DNA of 64,000 bases from Thermoproteota archaeon (lineage in GTDB: Archaea; Thermoproteota; Thermoprotei; Gearchaeales; Gearchaeaceae): NCBI GenBank assembly GCA_021324265.1, contig JAJPJK010000008.1:33041-97040 (forward strand). Reading direction: 5' to 3'. The first letter of the stretch is position 1. The number at the start of each line of letters is the position of its first letter. This document shows positions 19,308 to 29,556 of the stretch, in pieces. Both the position numbers and the translations under genes were made by a program. Below the pieces are notes generated by a model, which made no database searches, was not told the DNA's origin, and saw only the letters and a program-made list of their open reading frames with translations.

Positions 19308-20462
19308 TTGGGTAAAATACTTCAAGCTTCCTCAATAATCGCATCTAGAACAATTTATGGCCTAAACTGGTATACGATCTCGCCTTTATACTTGGCGATA
19401 GCAAGTGATTTAGCAATAAATTATGGAGAACTAGGAATTGTTGCTATGGCTTTTTTAGCAGGAGCTACGATCTTCCAAATACCTGCAGGAATATTCGCAG
19501 CAAAATTCGGAAATAAACATGTAGCTATTCTAGGAATGCTAATTCTTTCTTGTGCTTCGCTTTTTTCCGGTTTGAGCTGGAACTTTAGCTCCTTGATTGC
19601 AGCTAGATTCATGCTAGGCATTGGCGCTGCATTTTTCTTCTCGCCTTCTTTACATACGCTTAGATTGATATTCGAAAAACGTAGACAAGGCATCGTAGTA
19701 GGAGCATATAATTCGGCATTCAACATTGGAGCGGGTATTGCTCTGCTATCATGGGGAATAATTTCGATGCATATTGGTTGGAGATCTTCTTTGATCTTAG
19801 GAGGTATTCTTGGTCTTATACTGACTGTTGAAAACTACTTTGTTCTTGATGATATAAGGAATGAAAACAGAGCTAGCTTCGGAGAAGTTTTGAAAAACAG
19901 AAATCTAATTACTATAGGAATAGCTACGGCTGGATTTTGGGGCATGAACTATACTCTAACGCAGTTCATTGATTCATATCTTGTAGCATACAAAGCAATA
20001 CCAGAAGTGCTAGCAGGATACACATCATCGATGACACTTCTAGGAGCGATAGCAGGGAATATGCTCATAGGTGAGTTGACTGATAGGAAAGGTAGAAGAA
20101 AGGAAACACTTATCATACTAATCATAATTACAGCTTTGATAACGCTAGCTACACCATTCCTTAATTACTACACACTATGGCCTTATGTGATTGCTCAAGG
20201 ATTCCTTTCAGGTGGTGTTTTTGCGCTCATCTATGCAATAACGATGGACGAGATAGAATTAGATGAAGGACTTAAACCTCTTTCTGCATCAATCATAAAT
20301 TCACTAAATATAGGCATTGGCTCATTTGCATCTCCACTTTACACCTATACGACTAGCTTGATCGCGCCAGATGCAGGATGGTATGCAATCTCAATATTAA
20401 GTTTGGCTTTATTAACACTAATAATAAAAACTAATTTAAAGCACTCAAGACTGCCTGTATAA
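19308..20462 (+). CDS. MFS transporter
   Basis: About 12 TM helices; GIFAAKFGNK and GELTDRKGRR loop motifs. Confidence 0.9.
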   Translation: MGKILQASSIIASRTIYGLNWYTISPLYLAIASDLAINYGELGIVAMAFLAGATIFQIPAGIFAAKFGNKHVAILGMLILSCASLFSGLSWNFSSLIAARFMLGIGAAFFFSPSLHTLRLIFEKRRQGIVVGAYNSAFNIGAGIALLSWGIISMHIGWRSSLILGGILGLILTVENYFVLDDIRNENRASFGEVLKNRNLITIGIATAGFWGMNYTLTQFIDSYLVAYKAIPEVLAGYTSSMTLLGAIAGNMLIGELTDRKGRRKETLIILIIITALITLATPFLNYYTLWPYVIAQGFLSGGVFALIYAITMDEIELDEGLKPLSASIINSLNIGIGSFASPLYTYTTSLIAPDAGWYAISILSLALLTLIIKTNLKHSRLPV

Positions 20463-21105
20463 ATCTATTCTCTGGCTGAGCTCCTAGCAGTTCTACGGAT
20501 TCATTGATTACAATCTTAGGTACTGCTTGAACATCATACTTTATGGCAACCTCTTCGATTTCCCCAACATCTATGATTTCACTCCTAACGTTACCATTCT
20601 CTATAGCAAAGCTGTTAGAAGTCCTCGCAGCTAAAGGACAATAAGGACAGGATAGCGTTATGAGTATCTTGATATTCACAGGCTTATTTATCGAAGCTAG
20701 TTTTTCCTTCGTACTATTGGAGAGTTTAGTTTGAGAATTGGAGAGATTCCTGATTGTTTCTATGAAAACCGTGAATTCATAGCCGCCTGGTATACCAACG
20801 TATCTGATATTCCTTCTTCCTTCTTTTTCCAAGATTACTGTTGGTGCATATTCTACTTCATATTCTTTTGTTTTTTGCAATTCTTCCTCAATCATGTGAT
20901 ATTCGACCTTGACTTTACTTGAATTGGCCTCAATGAGATCTAAAATTACCTTGAGATCTGCGCAATAGTGACACCTTTGAGGATGATCTAAAAAAGCTAC
21001 GAGCTTTACCTCATCTCTCATGTTAGCTAAATTGTTCCTTATATAATCGGCAATTTCTTTGAGCTCTTCCTCTGAAAGATGACCGTGTGCTTCTTCTTCG
21101 GTCAT
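20431..21105 (-). CDS. Protein disulfide oxidoreductase (PDO, tandem thioredoxin fold)
   Basis: Two CxxC motifs (CHYC, CPYC), GIPGGYEF, VPKIVIN, GAQPE. Confidence 0.9.
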   Translation of the reverse strand: MTEEEAHGHLSEEELKEIADYIRNNLANMRDEVKLVAFLDHPQRCHYCADLKVILDLIEANSSKVKVEYHMIEEELQKTKEYEVEYAPTVILEKEGRRNIRYVGIPGGYEFTVFIETIRNLSNSQTKLSNSTKEKLASINKPVNIKILITLSCPYCPLAARTSNSFAIENGNVRSEIIDVGEIEEVAIKYDVQAVPKIVINESVELLGAQPENRFIQAVLSALN

Positions 21106-21137
21106 GATAAAGAAATTGATTTATCTTATTTATATGT

Positions 21138-22115
21138 TTAGAGTAAAATCCCAAAATTTTTTAGAACTAAAGCTAAAAGAAGACCTAAAACAAAGAATAT
21201 ACCGAAAAACCTATTAAGCCACAATGAAGCTGCTACATACCAGATCTTCTTCTCATGTGATAGATAATACTTTGAGAATGCGAAATAAAATGGAATCGTT
21301 AAAAAAATGATCGAAGTCGTAAGTGGTAATAGCCTAAGTACTATAAAAATCATGATGAAAATGTAAGATAGCAGACCAATGAATATCGATACTTTCTTAG
21401 CGTTCTCAATACCTATCACAACAGGCAACGTCTTTACGCCGAGTTTTTTATCGCTTTCATACTTGTCTATGTGCTTTCCAAAGAGGATTAACATGACCAT
21501 GAGCGCATAAGGTATCGAAATTAAAAACACATTTAAGTCAAGTGAACCCGTGATTGCGAAATAACTCCCCCCAACCATGAGCGGGCCCCAAACAATAAAT
21601 GTTGAAATCTCACCTAGCGCAATGTACTTAAGCTTAGGCCCTGCTTGATAGGCATAACCGAAGAATATGCCTAATAAAGTGAACACAACAATTAAGGGAC
21701 CTCTGATCATTGCAAGATAAGCTGCAAACGTAGCTGCAATAACATAGTGAATAATGATCATGTTTATTAACCCCCTTTCTGAGACCAAACCGTCCAATAT
21801 GGGATGTGGCATATACTGTGCTCTGAAGTAGCTTTTACTATCTAAACCATTCTTATAATCGAAATAGTCATTCAACAGATCTGCACCACTATGGGCAAGC
21901 AGCATTCCGAATAAACAAAGCAAAAAAGGTATCAATTCAAAATTATTGGATAAAGCTGCCAATAACCCAGCAATCAAAACAGAGATTACAGTTATTATAT
22001 CTATAACTGCCCTAGTCATTACGAGATATTTTGATAATGGATCCCAAGAATTAATATCGCCCTCTACCTGACCTCGCCACATAATATTGATCCATCTTTT
22101 CACTGGAATAGACAT
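21138..22115 (-). CDS. UbiA-superfamily prenyltransferase, MenA-like
   Basis: NDYFDYKNGLD, LKYIALGE, HIDKYESDK..GVKTL; multiple TM helices. Confidence 0.82.
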   Translation of the reverse strand: MSIPVKRWINIMWRGQVEGDINSWDPLSKYLVMTRAVIDIITVISVLIAGLLAALSNNFELIPFLLCLFGMLLAHSGADLLNDYFDYKNGLDSKSYFRAQYMPHPILDGLVSERGLINMIIIHYVIAATFAAYLAMIRGPLIVVFTLLGIFFGYAYQAGPKLKYIALGEISTFIVWGPLMVGGSYFAITGSLDLNVFLISIPYALMVMLILFGKHIDKYESDKKLGVKTLPVVIGIENAKKVSIFIGLLSYIFIMIFIVLRLLPLTTSIIFLTIPFYFAFSKYYLSHEKKIWYVAASLWLNRFFGIFFVLGLLLALVLKNFGILL

Positions 22116-22179
22116 TCCAAAAAATTAATCAGAATGATAAATTTTAAACTATCCTAACATAAAAAAATTCTTATTGAAC

Positions 22180-23832
22180 TTAATAGAGCTCTGGCATCGT
22201 TTCAAGTCTCCAGTAAGACAAGAAATACACTGTAAGCAATATCGCAACCACAATTATGCAAATCGCTAAAGCTCCTCGCTTACTTATGCTTGCTTCATTC
22301 TTGACTTCAAAGCTAGTTATCATCCCATCGAATAAATTTCCTCCCTTTTTGCCTGTGAAAATCGTTACTGCCACATTCAATATGAAAAGAACGCCACCAG
22401 CTATAGCCAAACCTGCACCTAATAAAATTAAAGGCGTTAATGACCAAGCAGGAAGAAGATCGCTTGGATTGATGAAATCCCTCCTTGGATCACCATTGAT
22501 GCCGAGAATCGTCATAACTAAGCCTAGAATTATTATACCGATTCCAAATAGGAAAATTTGGAGCTTTGCTAATTTAGTACTATAGAGCCTTCTTGAAGTC
22601 AGGATAGGTAGAGCGTAGTAAATGAAGGCCATGAATGCCAGCGTTGTCCCCCCTGCTACCATGAGATGGAAGTGTCCTGGTACCCAGAGCGTATTATGAT
22701 AGTTTAGATTTGGTTGAAGTGTTGTTTGAGGTTGGGCGGTTATACCTCCTATACCCATAGATATGAGAGCAAACAATGTAGCAGCAATTGCAGGATTCGT
22801 CCAAGGTATTCTCCTCAGCCAACCAAAGAGGCTTGTATGCCCAGATGCTCTTATAGTTGCTTCGAGTGCTCCCGTCAAAGCGAAAGCGTGTAAAAGCGTT
22901 GGAACAGATAAGAAATGGGAACCGACGCTACCTGATGCTTGCTTCAGCACTGTTGAGAAGCCGGGATCAACTAGTATATGATGACCTATGCCAGGTATTA
23001 CGAAAAGTGCAGCTAAGGCGAAGGCAACTTTTGCATATCTCTCATTGATGAACTTAGCAGCTGTTAAACCTGTTCCAATAGCTAACAATGCATATAAAAC
23101 GGCGATCGTTGCTACCACGTTTACATATTGCGCATCATGACCTAGGCCCCAGAAGAACCATCGGTATGCCATAACATTCATACTTGTCAAACCCAATCTC
23201 CAAGCAAGTGTGTAAATAAGTGTTAAAGCGCCTTGAAAAACTACTGTTAAAGCTATGATGCCGGCTATCGCTGCACCCCAAGTCACTAATGGTAATGAAC
23301 CTTTATAGGCTTCATTTATCTTCGCATAATATATAGTCAAAAAGAACAATACGACCGCAATACCTGCACCGAAAACAAAAATAGCATACCCTATGTAAAA
23401 GAGATCATTCGCTGCCAAAGGAGGATAAGCTGTGAATAATACATCAGCATTGCCTGTAAGAATTGAATATTCAACCGTTATCTGACCATAAAGCATCGCA
23501 GCAAAAGCGAACCATGCTATGCGATATCCATAAATCGGATAATTGAGCAGTACAGAAGAAGCGAAATATAATATGGCTATTTCTGCCCAAAGTATCCAGA
23601 AAATTAGCATGTTCATTCCATGAAATGTTAACCACTGATAATAATTGATGTTGTTGATACCAAGGAAATTTATAAGTGAAGGTACTGCTGATCTTCCTGA
23701 CGCAACGAAAATTGCAGCAATGCCTCCTATGCTTATCGATATTAATGCAAGTATTAAATTAGCTATTATGAGATGCTTAGTAGTTCTATAAATCTTAAGA
23801 CCTCCAAAGCTTGAGACCTCGTAGTCGCTCAT
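22180..23832 (-). CDS. Heme-copper oxidase subunit I (B-related, E-family/eNOR-like)
   Basis: All six His ligands present: LTFHG, FWGLGHDAQY, GHH, GHFH; YPPL; 12 or more TM helices. Confidence 0.92.
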   Translation of the reverse strand: MSDYEVSSFGGLKIYRTTKHLIIANLILALISISIGGIAAIFVASGRSAVPSLINFLGINNINYYQWLTFHGMNMLIFWILWAEIAILYFASSVLLNYPIYGYRIAWFAFAAMLYGQITVEYSILTGNADVLFTAYPPLAANDLFYIGYAIFVFGAGIAVVLFFLTIYYAKINEAYKGSLPLVTWGAAIAGIIALTVVFQGALTLIYTLAWRLGLTSMNVMAYRWFFWGLGHDAQYVNVVATIAVLYALLAIGTGLTAAKFINERYAKVAFALAALFVIPGIGHHILVDPGFSTVLKQASGSVGSHFLSVPTLLHAFALTGALEATIRASGHTSLFGWLRRIPWTNPAIAATLFALISMGIGGITAQPQTTLQPNLNYHNTLWVPGHFHLMVAGGTTLAFMAFIYYALPILTSRRLYSTKLAKLQIFLFGIGIIILGLVMTILGINGDPRRDFINPSDLLPAWSLTPLILLGAGLAIAGGVLFILNVAVTIFTGKKGGNLFDGMITSFEVKNEASISKRGALAICIIVVAILLTVYFLSYWRLETMPELY

Positions 23833-24347
23833 GCTACCACCTCAATCACCATCCTCATACTTCCATGACCATAACCGCAGTATTCACTACATATTACATA
23901 GTATGTTCCAGCGTTTTTGAAGTTCATAGTGAAAACATATTCCATTCCTGGCATTACCATAATGCTATATACAGTTCCGTTGCCTACTATCGTGAAACCA
24001 TGAATAACATCTAGGCTTCCTAAATGGAACCTATAATCAACACCTTTCTTTAGCACAAGCGTAGAAATAGACCAAAAATATTGTTGAGCTGCAATATAAA
24101 TATCAGTATTCGGAGGGACCAATTTTCCATTATAAATACTTGAGAAGTTATTTGCGATTTCTTTATATGCTGTAGGATTAAATTCTCTAGCGGAGCTAGG
24201 AACTTCATGCTTGGGGTCAATTAGAGGCCAACTTAACGTTGTTGCGGCAAGTATAATAGCTACAGCCAAGGCTATTGCGATCCATATTTTTTCTTGTTTA
24301 CTGAATTCCTTATACCATTCCTCAACTGGTTTAGGTATGAGCGGCAT
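23829..24347 (-). CDS. Heme-copper oxidase subunit II with CuA site
   Basis: One TM helix, DVIHGF, CSEYCGYGHGSM. Confidence 0.93.
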   Translation of the reverse strand: MPLIPKPVEEWYKEFSKQEKIWIAIALAVAIILAATTLSWPLIDPKHEVPSSAREFNPTAYKEIANNFSSIYNGKLVPPNTDIYIAAQQYFWSISTLVLKKGVDYRFHLGSLDVIHGFTIVGNGTVYSIMVMPGMEYVFTMNFKNAGTYYVICSEYCGYGHGSMRMVIEVVA

Positions 24348-24349
24348 GA

Positions 24350-24496
24350 TTATGGATGGTGAGGCGATAAGCTAATACCATGCATTCCCATGACCTCAAA
24401 CAATACCCAAATACCATAGAATGCCATGATGCTGAAGGCCAACATTCCCCATAGCCATAAGTTATCCAACAAACTGGTCTTAACTCGTTTGCTCAT
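24350..24496 (-). CDS. Small single-TM oxidase subunit (IIa/CbaD-like), 48 aa
   Basis: Not in the track. MSKRVKTSLLDNLWLWGMLAFSIMAFYGIWVLFEVMGMHGISLSPHHP; stop lies 2 nt before the subunit II ATG. Confidence 0.75.
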   Translation of the reverse strand: MSKRVKTSLLDNLWLWGMLAFSIMAFYGIWVLFEVMGMHGISLSPHHP

Positions 24497-24714
24497 TGAA
24501 GAAATAAATTAAAATATAATTATATTTTTTATCCCGAAATAATAAGGATATTTTAATGAATATATTAAAATATATATCAATATTTTTGTATATAAAATCA
24601 CCATCTTAAAAGTATATAGTAATCCCGAATCATAATATTTTATAAGACTTCTAAGCACTTAATTCGCAAGACTTAACCAAGAAATTCTTTTACCGAGAAA
24701 AAGAAAAATAAAAT

Positions 24715-25710
24715 GTGGCAAAGACAGCTATACATGCTGAAGATCTTGTAAAAATTTATGCAAACAACTTCAAGGCGCTTAATGGTATAAGCCTAAGTGT
24801 TGAAGACGGTAAAACTTTTGCTTTAGTAGGCCCCAATGGCGCTGGAAAGACAACACTGATAAGAATACTAACGACACAAATAAGACCAAGTTCAGGGAAT
24901 GCATTCGTAGAGGATTTAAATGTTCTAACACAAGACGATGAAATAAGAAGAATCATAAGCTATGTGCCACAAGAAATAAGCGTTTGGACAGATCTTAGCG
25001 GATATGAAAATTTGCTCATCTATGCGAAAATATTCGGTATTCAAAAAGAAGAAAGGAAAAAGAGAATTGATGAGGTCCTAAACAAGATGGGTCTTTATTC
25101 TGTTAAGGATGAAATGGTTCGCTACTACTCAGGTGGAATGATGAGAAGGTTGGAAATAGCATGTGCACTTTTGACCAAGCCAAGGATTCTATTCTTAGAT
25201 GAACCAACAATAGGTTTAGATCCTGCAGCAAGGAAGGTCGTTTGGGATGAATTGAAAAGTTTCAAGGAAGAATACGGTATCACGATCTTTTTCACAACGC
25301 ATTATATGGATGAAGCTGATATGTATGCTGACGAAATTGCACTTATAAACAGAGGCGAGCTGATAAAGAAAGGAAATCCTGAAGAATTGAAAGGCTTGAT
25401 TGGTGGTGAAATAATTCAGTTGGAATTAGATGGATATGATGAGGAGATCCTCTACAAGATCAGAGAGTTGGATTTCGTTAATGAAGTATTCAGAGAAGGA
25501 AATGAAATAAGGATTGTGACCAAAGGTAAAGGCCTTGAGCTTTTTGATTTTTTGGACTTCATTAAAAGACTTGGCATAAAAATAAAGAAGATATCACTGA
25601 AGCAAGTCTCCTTAGACGATGTATTTCTGAAGTACGCAGGCAGTAGCATCGAGGCTAGGGGGCGTGCTGTTGAAGTCGCAAGAGTTAGAAGTAGGATTAG
25701 GAAGGCATGA
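24715..25710 (+). CDS. ABC-2 exporter ATP-binding subunit (DrrA-like)
   Basis: GPNGAGKTT, YSGGMMRRLEIA, LDEPT, TTHYMDEA. Confidence 0.93.
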   Translation: MAKTAIHAEDLVKIYANNFKALNGISLSVEDGKTFALVGPNGAGKTTLIRILTTQIRPSSGNAFVEDLNVLTQDDEIRRIISYVPQEISVWTDLSGYENLLIYAKIFGIQKEERKKRIDEVLNKMGLYSVKDEMVRYYSGGMMRRLEIACALLTKPRILFLDEPTIGLDPAARKVVWDELKSFKEEYGITIFFTTHYMDEADMYADEIALINRGELIKKGNPEELKGLIGGEIIQLELDGYDEEILYKIRELDFVNEVFREGNEIRIVTKGKGLELFDFLDFIKRLGIKIKKISLKQVSLDDVFLKYAGSSIEARGRAVEVARVRSRIRKA

Positions 25711-26474
25711 ACATAATAGAAGTTCTTAGATACATGGGAGTTATGATGGAATTAGAATTCAGGAGAATTATGCACGATAGGACGGAACTATATACAAGAG
25801 CTATTCAGCCCATACTTTGGCTAGTTTTATATGGAACAGTTATGAGTATAGTGAGAGCTATTCCTACAGGAAATGTTTCATATATAGCATATATAACGCC
25901 TGGGATATTGCTTCAATCAACAACTTTCGTGTCTGTATTTTTTGGTCTTCAAATGGTATGGGAAAGAGAATCGGGCGTTTTGAAGAAGCTATTAACCACA
26001 CCTTTACCAAGGTCTTCGATAGTAATTGGAAGATCAATGGCTGCAGGAATAAGATCTCTATTCCAGATTTTATTGATTGTACCAGTAGCTATGCTATTGG
26101 GCGTTCAGTTCATCAATGTTGCGTTCTTTATTCTATCAGTCCTCATTATATTTCTTGTTTCAGGCGGTTTTGCATCATTATCTATTATCATTGCATCCTT
26201 CATGAAGACAAGAGAAAGATTTATGGGTATAGGGCAAGCCATTACCATGCCACTTTTTTTCGCAAGCAATGCGCTTTATCCTGTAGAACTTATGCCTAAG
26301 GCGATACAGTACTTTGCGTATTTCAATCCTATGAGCTATGCAGTAAGTGCTACGAGAGCTTTGATGATAACAGGCGATTTATCTACATTACTATTTGATA
26401 TTTTAGCGATAATGATTTTCGACATTATCATTTTCATATTTGCTTCATTAGCTTTCAAAAGGATAATAGAATAG
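25707..26474 (+). CDS. ABC-2 exporter permease (DrrB-like)
   Basis: Six TM helices, WERESG, FFASNALYP, NPMSY; ATGA overlap with the ATPase gene. Confidence 0.9.
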   Translation: MNIIEVLRYMGVMMELEFRRIMHDRTELYTRAIQPILWLVLYGTVMSIVRAIPTGNVSYIAYITPGILLQSTTFVSVFFGLQMVWERESGVLKKLLTTPLPRSSIVIGRSMAAGIRSLFQILLIVPVAMLLGVQFINVAFFILSVLIIFLVSGGFASLSIIIASFMKTRERFMGIGQAITMPLFFASNALYPVELMPKAIQYFAYFNPMSYAVSATRALMITGDLSTLLFDILAIMIFDIIIFIFASLAFKRIIE

Positions 26475-26514
26475 ATTAACCTTTTATTTTCTATTTTTTT
26501 AATAAGTATAGAGA

Positions 26515-27468
26515 ATGGAAAATCGTAGCTCAACGATTCTCGAGACTCAAATAAGCATCCTTGCTTCACTAATCCAGGAAAGAAGCTCAAAAGATGATAA
26601 GATCATACCGACGCTCAATCCCATTTTAGGCATATCTTATAAAATAGGTGAAATAGATTTTTCCTATGAACAGATTAAAGATTTAGAAGAAAAAGGTCTA
26701 CTTCAAAGGATAGGCTTGAAATCTTTCGTAGCATGCCCAATATGCAGCTCAATAATTGTTAATTTAAATCTTGTCTGTCCAAATTGTAAAAATCAATCTC
26801 TTGAAAGAAAAGAATTCATAATACACTATGAATGCAATTACATCGATGAAATGTCGAAGTTTCTAAAAGATGAAGAGCTTACATGTCCTAAATGTAAAAA
26901 GTCATTGAAAAAAGTGGGGATCGATTATGGTAAACCTGGCAAGTTGTATAAATGCAGCAGTTGTGGAGAAATTTCGCAGTATCCATTAGTGGTAATAACA
27001 TGTTTTAATAATCATATATCCAAGATAGATGAAGCCGAATTGATATCATACCCTATTTATAGGATATCATCATCACAGTTATCTTCTACCACGCTTGAAG
27101 TAATAAAAATTTTAAATCAATACTTTTTACAAAGCTATCCTAATTTGAAAGTTGAGAGTCCAAAAACTATTTACCTAAATCCTAAGGAAAAATATATGAT
27201 CCCATTATATATTTCTGATACCTACACTAATAAAAAAATCTATATTGACTTTATAAATAACGAGAAAGAATTTGAAGAAAAAGCATTAAAACTATTGAAA
27301 ATTGCTTTACTTGATAATGCTAAAATTATAGTTGTAATAAATAATTATACTATAGATCCTGATTTATTTGATCCAAAAAGAATTAGATTACTTAATATTT
27401 ATAGTAAAAATATTGAAGAAATATCAAAATTATTAATCAATGAAATAGAAAAGATTCTTAAACAGTGA
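26515..27468 (+). CDS. Multi-zinc-ribbon protein, TackOD1-like, copy 1
   Basis: CPIC, CPNC, HYEC, CPKC..L..VGIDY, CSSC, CFNNH pattern plus an alpha/beta C-terminal domain. Confidence 0.75.
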   Translation: MENRSSTILETQISILASLIQERSSKDDKIIPTLNPILGISYKIGEIDFSYEQIKDLEEKGLLQRIGLKSFVACPICSSIIVNLNLVCPNCKNQSLERKEFIIHYECNYIDEMSKFLKDEELTCPKCKKSLKKVGIDYGKPGKLYKCSSCGEISQYPLVVITCFNNHISKIDEAELISYPIYRISSSQLSSTTLEVIKILNQYFLQSYPNLKVESPKTIYLNPKEKYMIPLYISDTYTNKKIYIDFINNEKEFEEKALKLLKIALLDNAKIIVVINNYTIDPDLFDPKRIRLLNIYSKNIEEISKLLINEIEKILKQ

Positions 27469-28799
27469 ATCTTAGGAGAATTATCTACTTTTCAATTTTA
27501 TTAGTTTTAATTATTTTCTCTATGCTTTTTCTATTAAGACAATTTTTGGTATTTCTTGCTTATACTATTACTATAGTTTACACTATTTGGGGAATTTATC
27601 ATCTCATTTTATTCTTTTATGGACTTGGAGAACCGTTTGAACCAAAAAACAAATCTAGTCTACCTAAAATCTCTGTAATAATACCTTCTAGAAATGAGCC
27701 AATACTAGGCAGAACGATTGAAACAATTGTTCAACATGTGGATTATCCACTAAACAAAAAGGAAATTGTGGTCGTTACAGAAGACCCTCTTAGTGAAAGG
27801 ATTGCTTTCTGGTATCAACAGTCATACCCAAATGTGGTAAAGCTTCTAATGAGAAAAGAATTTTTCCCAACGAAACCTAGCGCGCTAAATGATGCTTTCC
27901 ATTTTACAACAGGTGATATTGTAGGCATCGTAGATGTTGAAGATATTTTAGAAAGAGATGCTTTTAAAAAAATCTCCAGTGCAATGGAAGGTCATGGTTT
28001 TGATATTGTTCAAGCATTGCTCAGAATCTCAAATGAAAATGACAGCTGGATAACAAAAATTTTCGCAATGGAATATGCGGGATGGTTTAGAATAATGTTG
28101 AATGGAAGAAGTAAACTCGGTTTATATACGCCTCTCGGAGGTACTGGCAACTATTTCAGAAGGAATTTGATAGGATATGTTGGAGCTTGGAATCCAATAA
28201 ATTTAACTGAAGATGCAGAGATTACAGTGCGTTTCGTTTTAGCACAACGTAAAGTGGTGGTAATAAACGTGCGTCAATGGGAAGAAGCACCAGTAACTTT
28301 CAAAGCTTGGTTAAAGCAAAGGACAAGATGGTTTAGAGGTTGGTTGCAAACGTTATGGAGCTATTCTGGTTTAATTTTTAAACCTTGGGCCGTAAGGAGA
28401 ATCGGCTTTTTCACTTTATTCAGCACGATTGTAATGCTAATTGCTCCTCTTCTTGTTGTTTTCAATTGGGTTGCTTATTCTTTAACAATTTTTTGGCTGT
28501 TAGAGGCATATGACATCCTTCATACTCGTCTAATGTCGGGTACATTTCCTTCGTTTGCATTCTTTCCTTTACTTTTCAACTTTCTATACTATTTGATTTG
28601 GCTTTATGGTGCTAAACTCGAGAAAATAGGAAAGAAAAACTATCTCTATTTACCACACATGATATTCTATATGAACTTCATGATGCCCCTTGCAAGCCTA
28701 AGAGCACTCTATCAAGAGATATTCAAACCCATATCTTGGGAAAAAACTGAACACCCAGGAAGAGGTGTCAGGTGGGTGGTAACAGAAAAAAATAAATAA
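27465..28799 (+). CDS. Processive-type membrane GT2 glycosyltransferase (NfrB / cellulose synthase-like), copy 1
   Basis: TKPSALN, DVED, GGTGNYFR, TEDAE, EEAP, QRTRW, WEKTEH; GTGA overlap with the upstream gene. Confidence 0.88.
   Translation: MNLRRIIYFSILLVLIIFSMLFLLRQFLVFLAYTITIVYTIWGIYHLILFFYGLGEPFEPKNKSSLPKISVIIPSRNEPILGRTIETIVQHVDYPLNKKEIVVVTEDPLSERIAFWYQQSYPNVVKLLMRKEFFPTKPSALNDAFHFTTGDIVGIVDVEDILERDAFKKISSAMEGHGFDIVQALLRISNENDSWITKIFAMEYAGWFRIMLNGRSKLGLYTPLGGTGNYFRRNLIGYVGAWNPINLTEDAEITVRFVLAQRKVVVINVRQWEEAPVTFKAWLKQRTRWFRGWLQTLWSYSGLIFKPWAVRRIGFFTLFSTIVMLIAPLLVVFNWVAYSLTIFWLLEAYDILHTRLMSGTFPSFAFFPLLFNFLYYLIWLYGAKLEKIGKKNYLYLPHMIFYMNFMMPLASLRALYQEIFKPISWEKTEHPGRGVRWVVTEKNK
28275..28336 (+). 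repeat. 62-bp tract, 61/62 identical to 31769-31830
   Basis: Direct comparison of the two GT2 paralogs. Confidence 0.85.
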
Positions 28800-28923
28800 T
28801 AAAATATTTTTTATTTTAGCCTGTAAAAATTAATTATTATCTTTCTTTGATACTATATCAATAGCTACAAAAATAATTTTAGATAACACATATAAAACTC
28901 GGGAAATAAATCTATATGGAATG

Positions 28924-29556
28924 CTAAAATGTCTCTTCGTATATTGCATTCCAAAATTCTAGTTCATATTTTTGAATGGTCAACGCAAGTAAAGGAATCT
29001 CTTTGTATTCCTCTAAGCTGTACTTCTCCAGAATCTTTAGCGCAAAATACTCGAGTTCTCTATCCCATTTAGCTTCTACAAAAAAAGGTAGATATAGGTT
29101 GTAGTTTTTGTTTATGAGTAAACCTATTTTATTGATATTTTCTATAAATATTGGAAAGTTGATCAAAATTAGAATTATTTGCTCAGGTAATGAACGGAAA
29201 TATGCTATATAAAAAAAGAAGTGGGTAAAGGCTACCGCTCTAGGATTTGGGACGATCGTCTCTTTTTTGATCCCAAGCTTATCCAAAGATTCATCTACTT
29301 TCTTAATTGCTTCTTGATGACTGATTATCAGTTTGAGGAAGAAATCGTTATCAGGATATTCGGATCGAGAATACATAAGTGCTAGAGCTTTTGAATCACT
29401 TCTAGCGATATAGTATTGTTGTTGAAGAAGATTTCTTATTTTGTCAATAGAAATCTTACCTTGGCTGAGATCTTCTATAAATCTATGGCGCGAAATTTTT
29501 AGGTTTATTTCTTGAAGTTCATATCTGAGCTTTTCTAGAAATTCCAACGGTTTCAT
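28924..29556 (-). CDS. TenA/THI-4/PQQC family protein (Cys-less TenA_E-like)
   Basis: HRFIEDL..G, QQYYI, YELEFWNA; no catalytic Cys. Confidence 0.8.
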   Translation of the reverse strand: MKPLEFLEKLRYELQEINLKISRHRFIEDLSQGKISIDKIRNLLQQQYYIARSDSKALALMYSRSEYPDNDFFLKLIISHQEAIKKVDESLDKLGIKKETIVPNPRAVAFTHFFFYIAYFRSLPEQIILILINFPIFIENINKIGLLINKNYNLYLPFFVEAKWDRELEYFALKILEKYSLEEYKEIPLLALTIQKYELEFWNAIYEETF

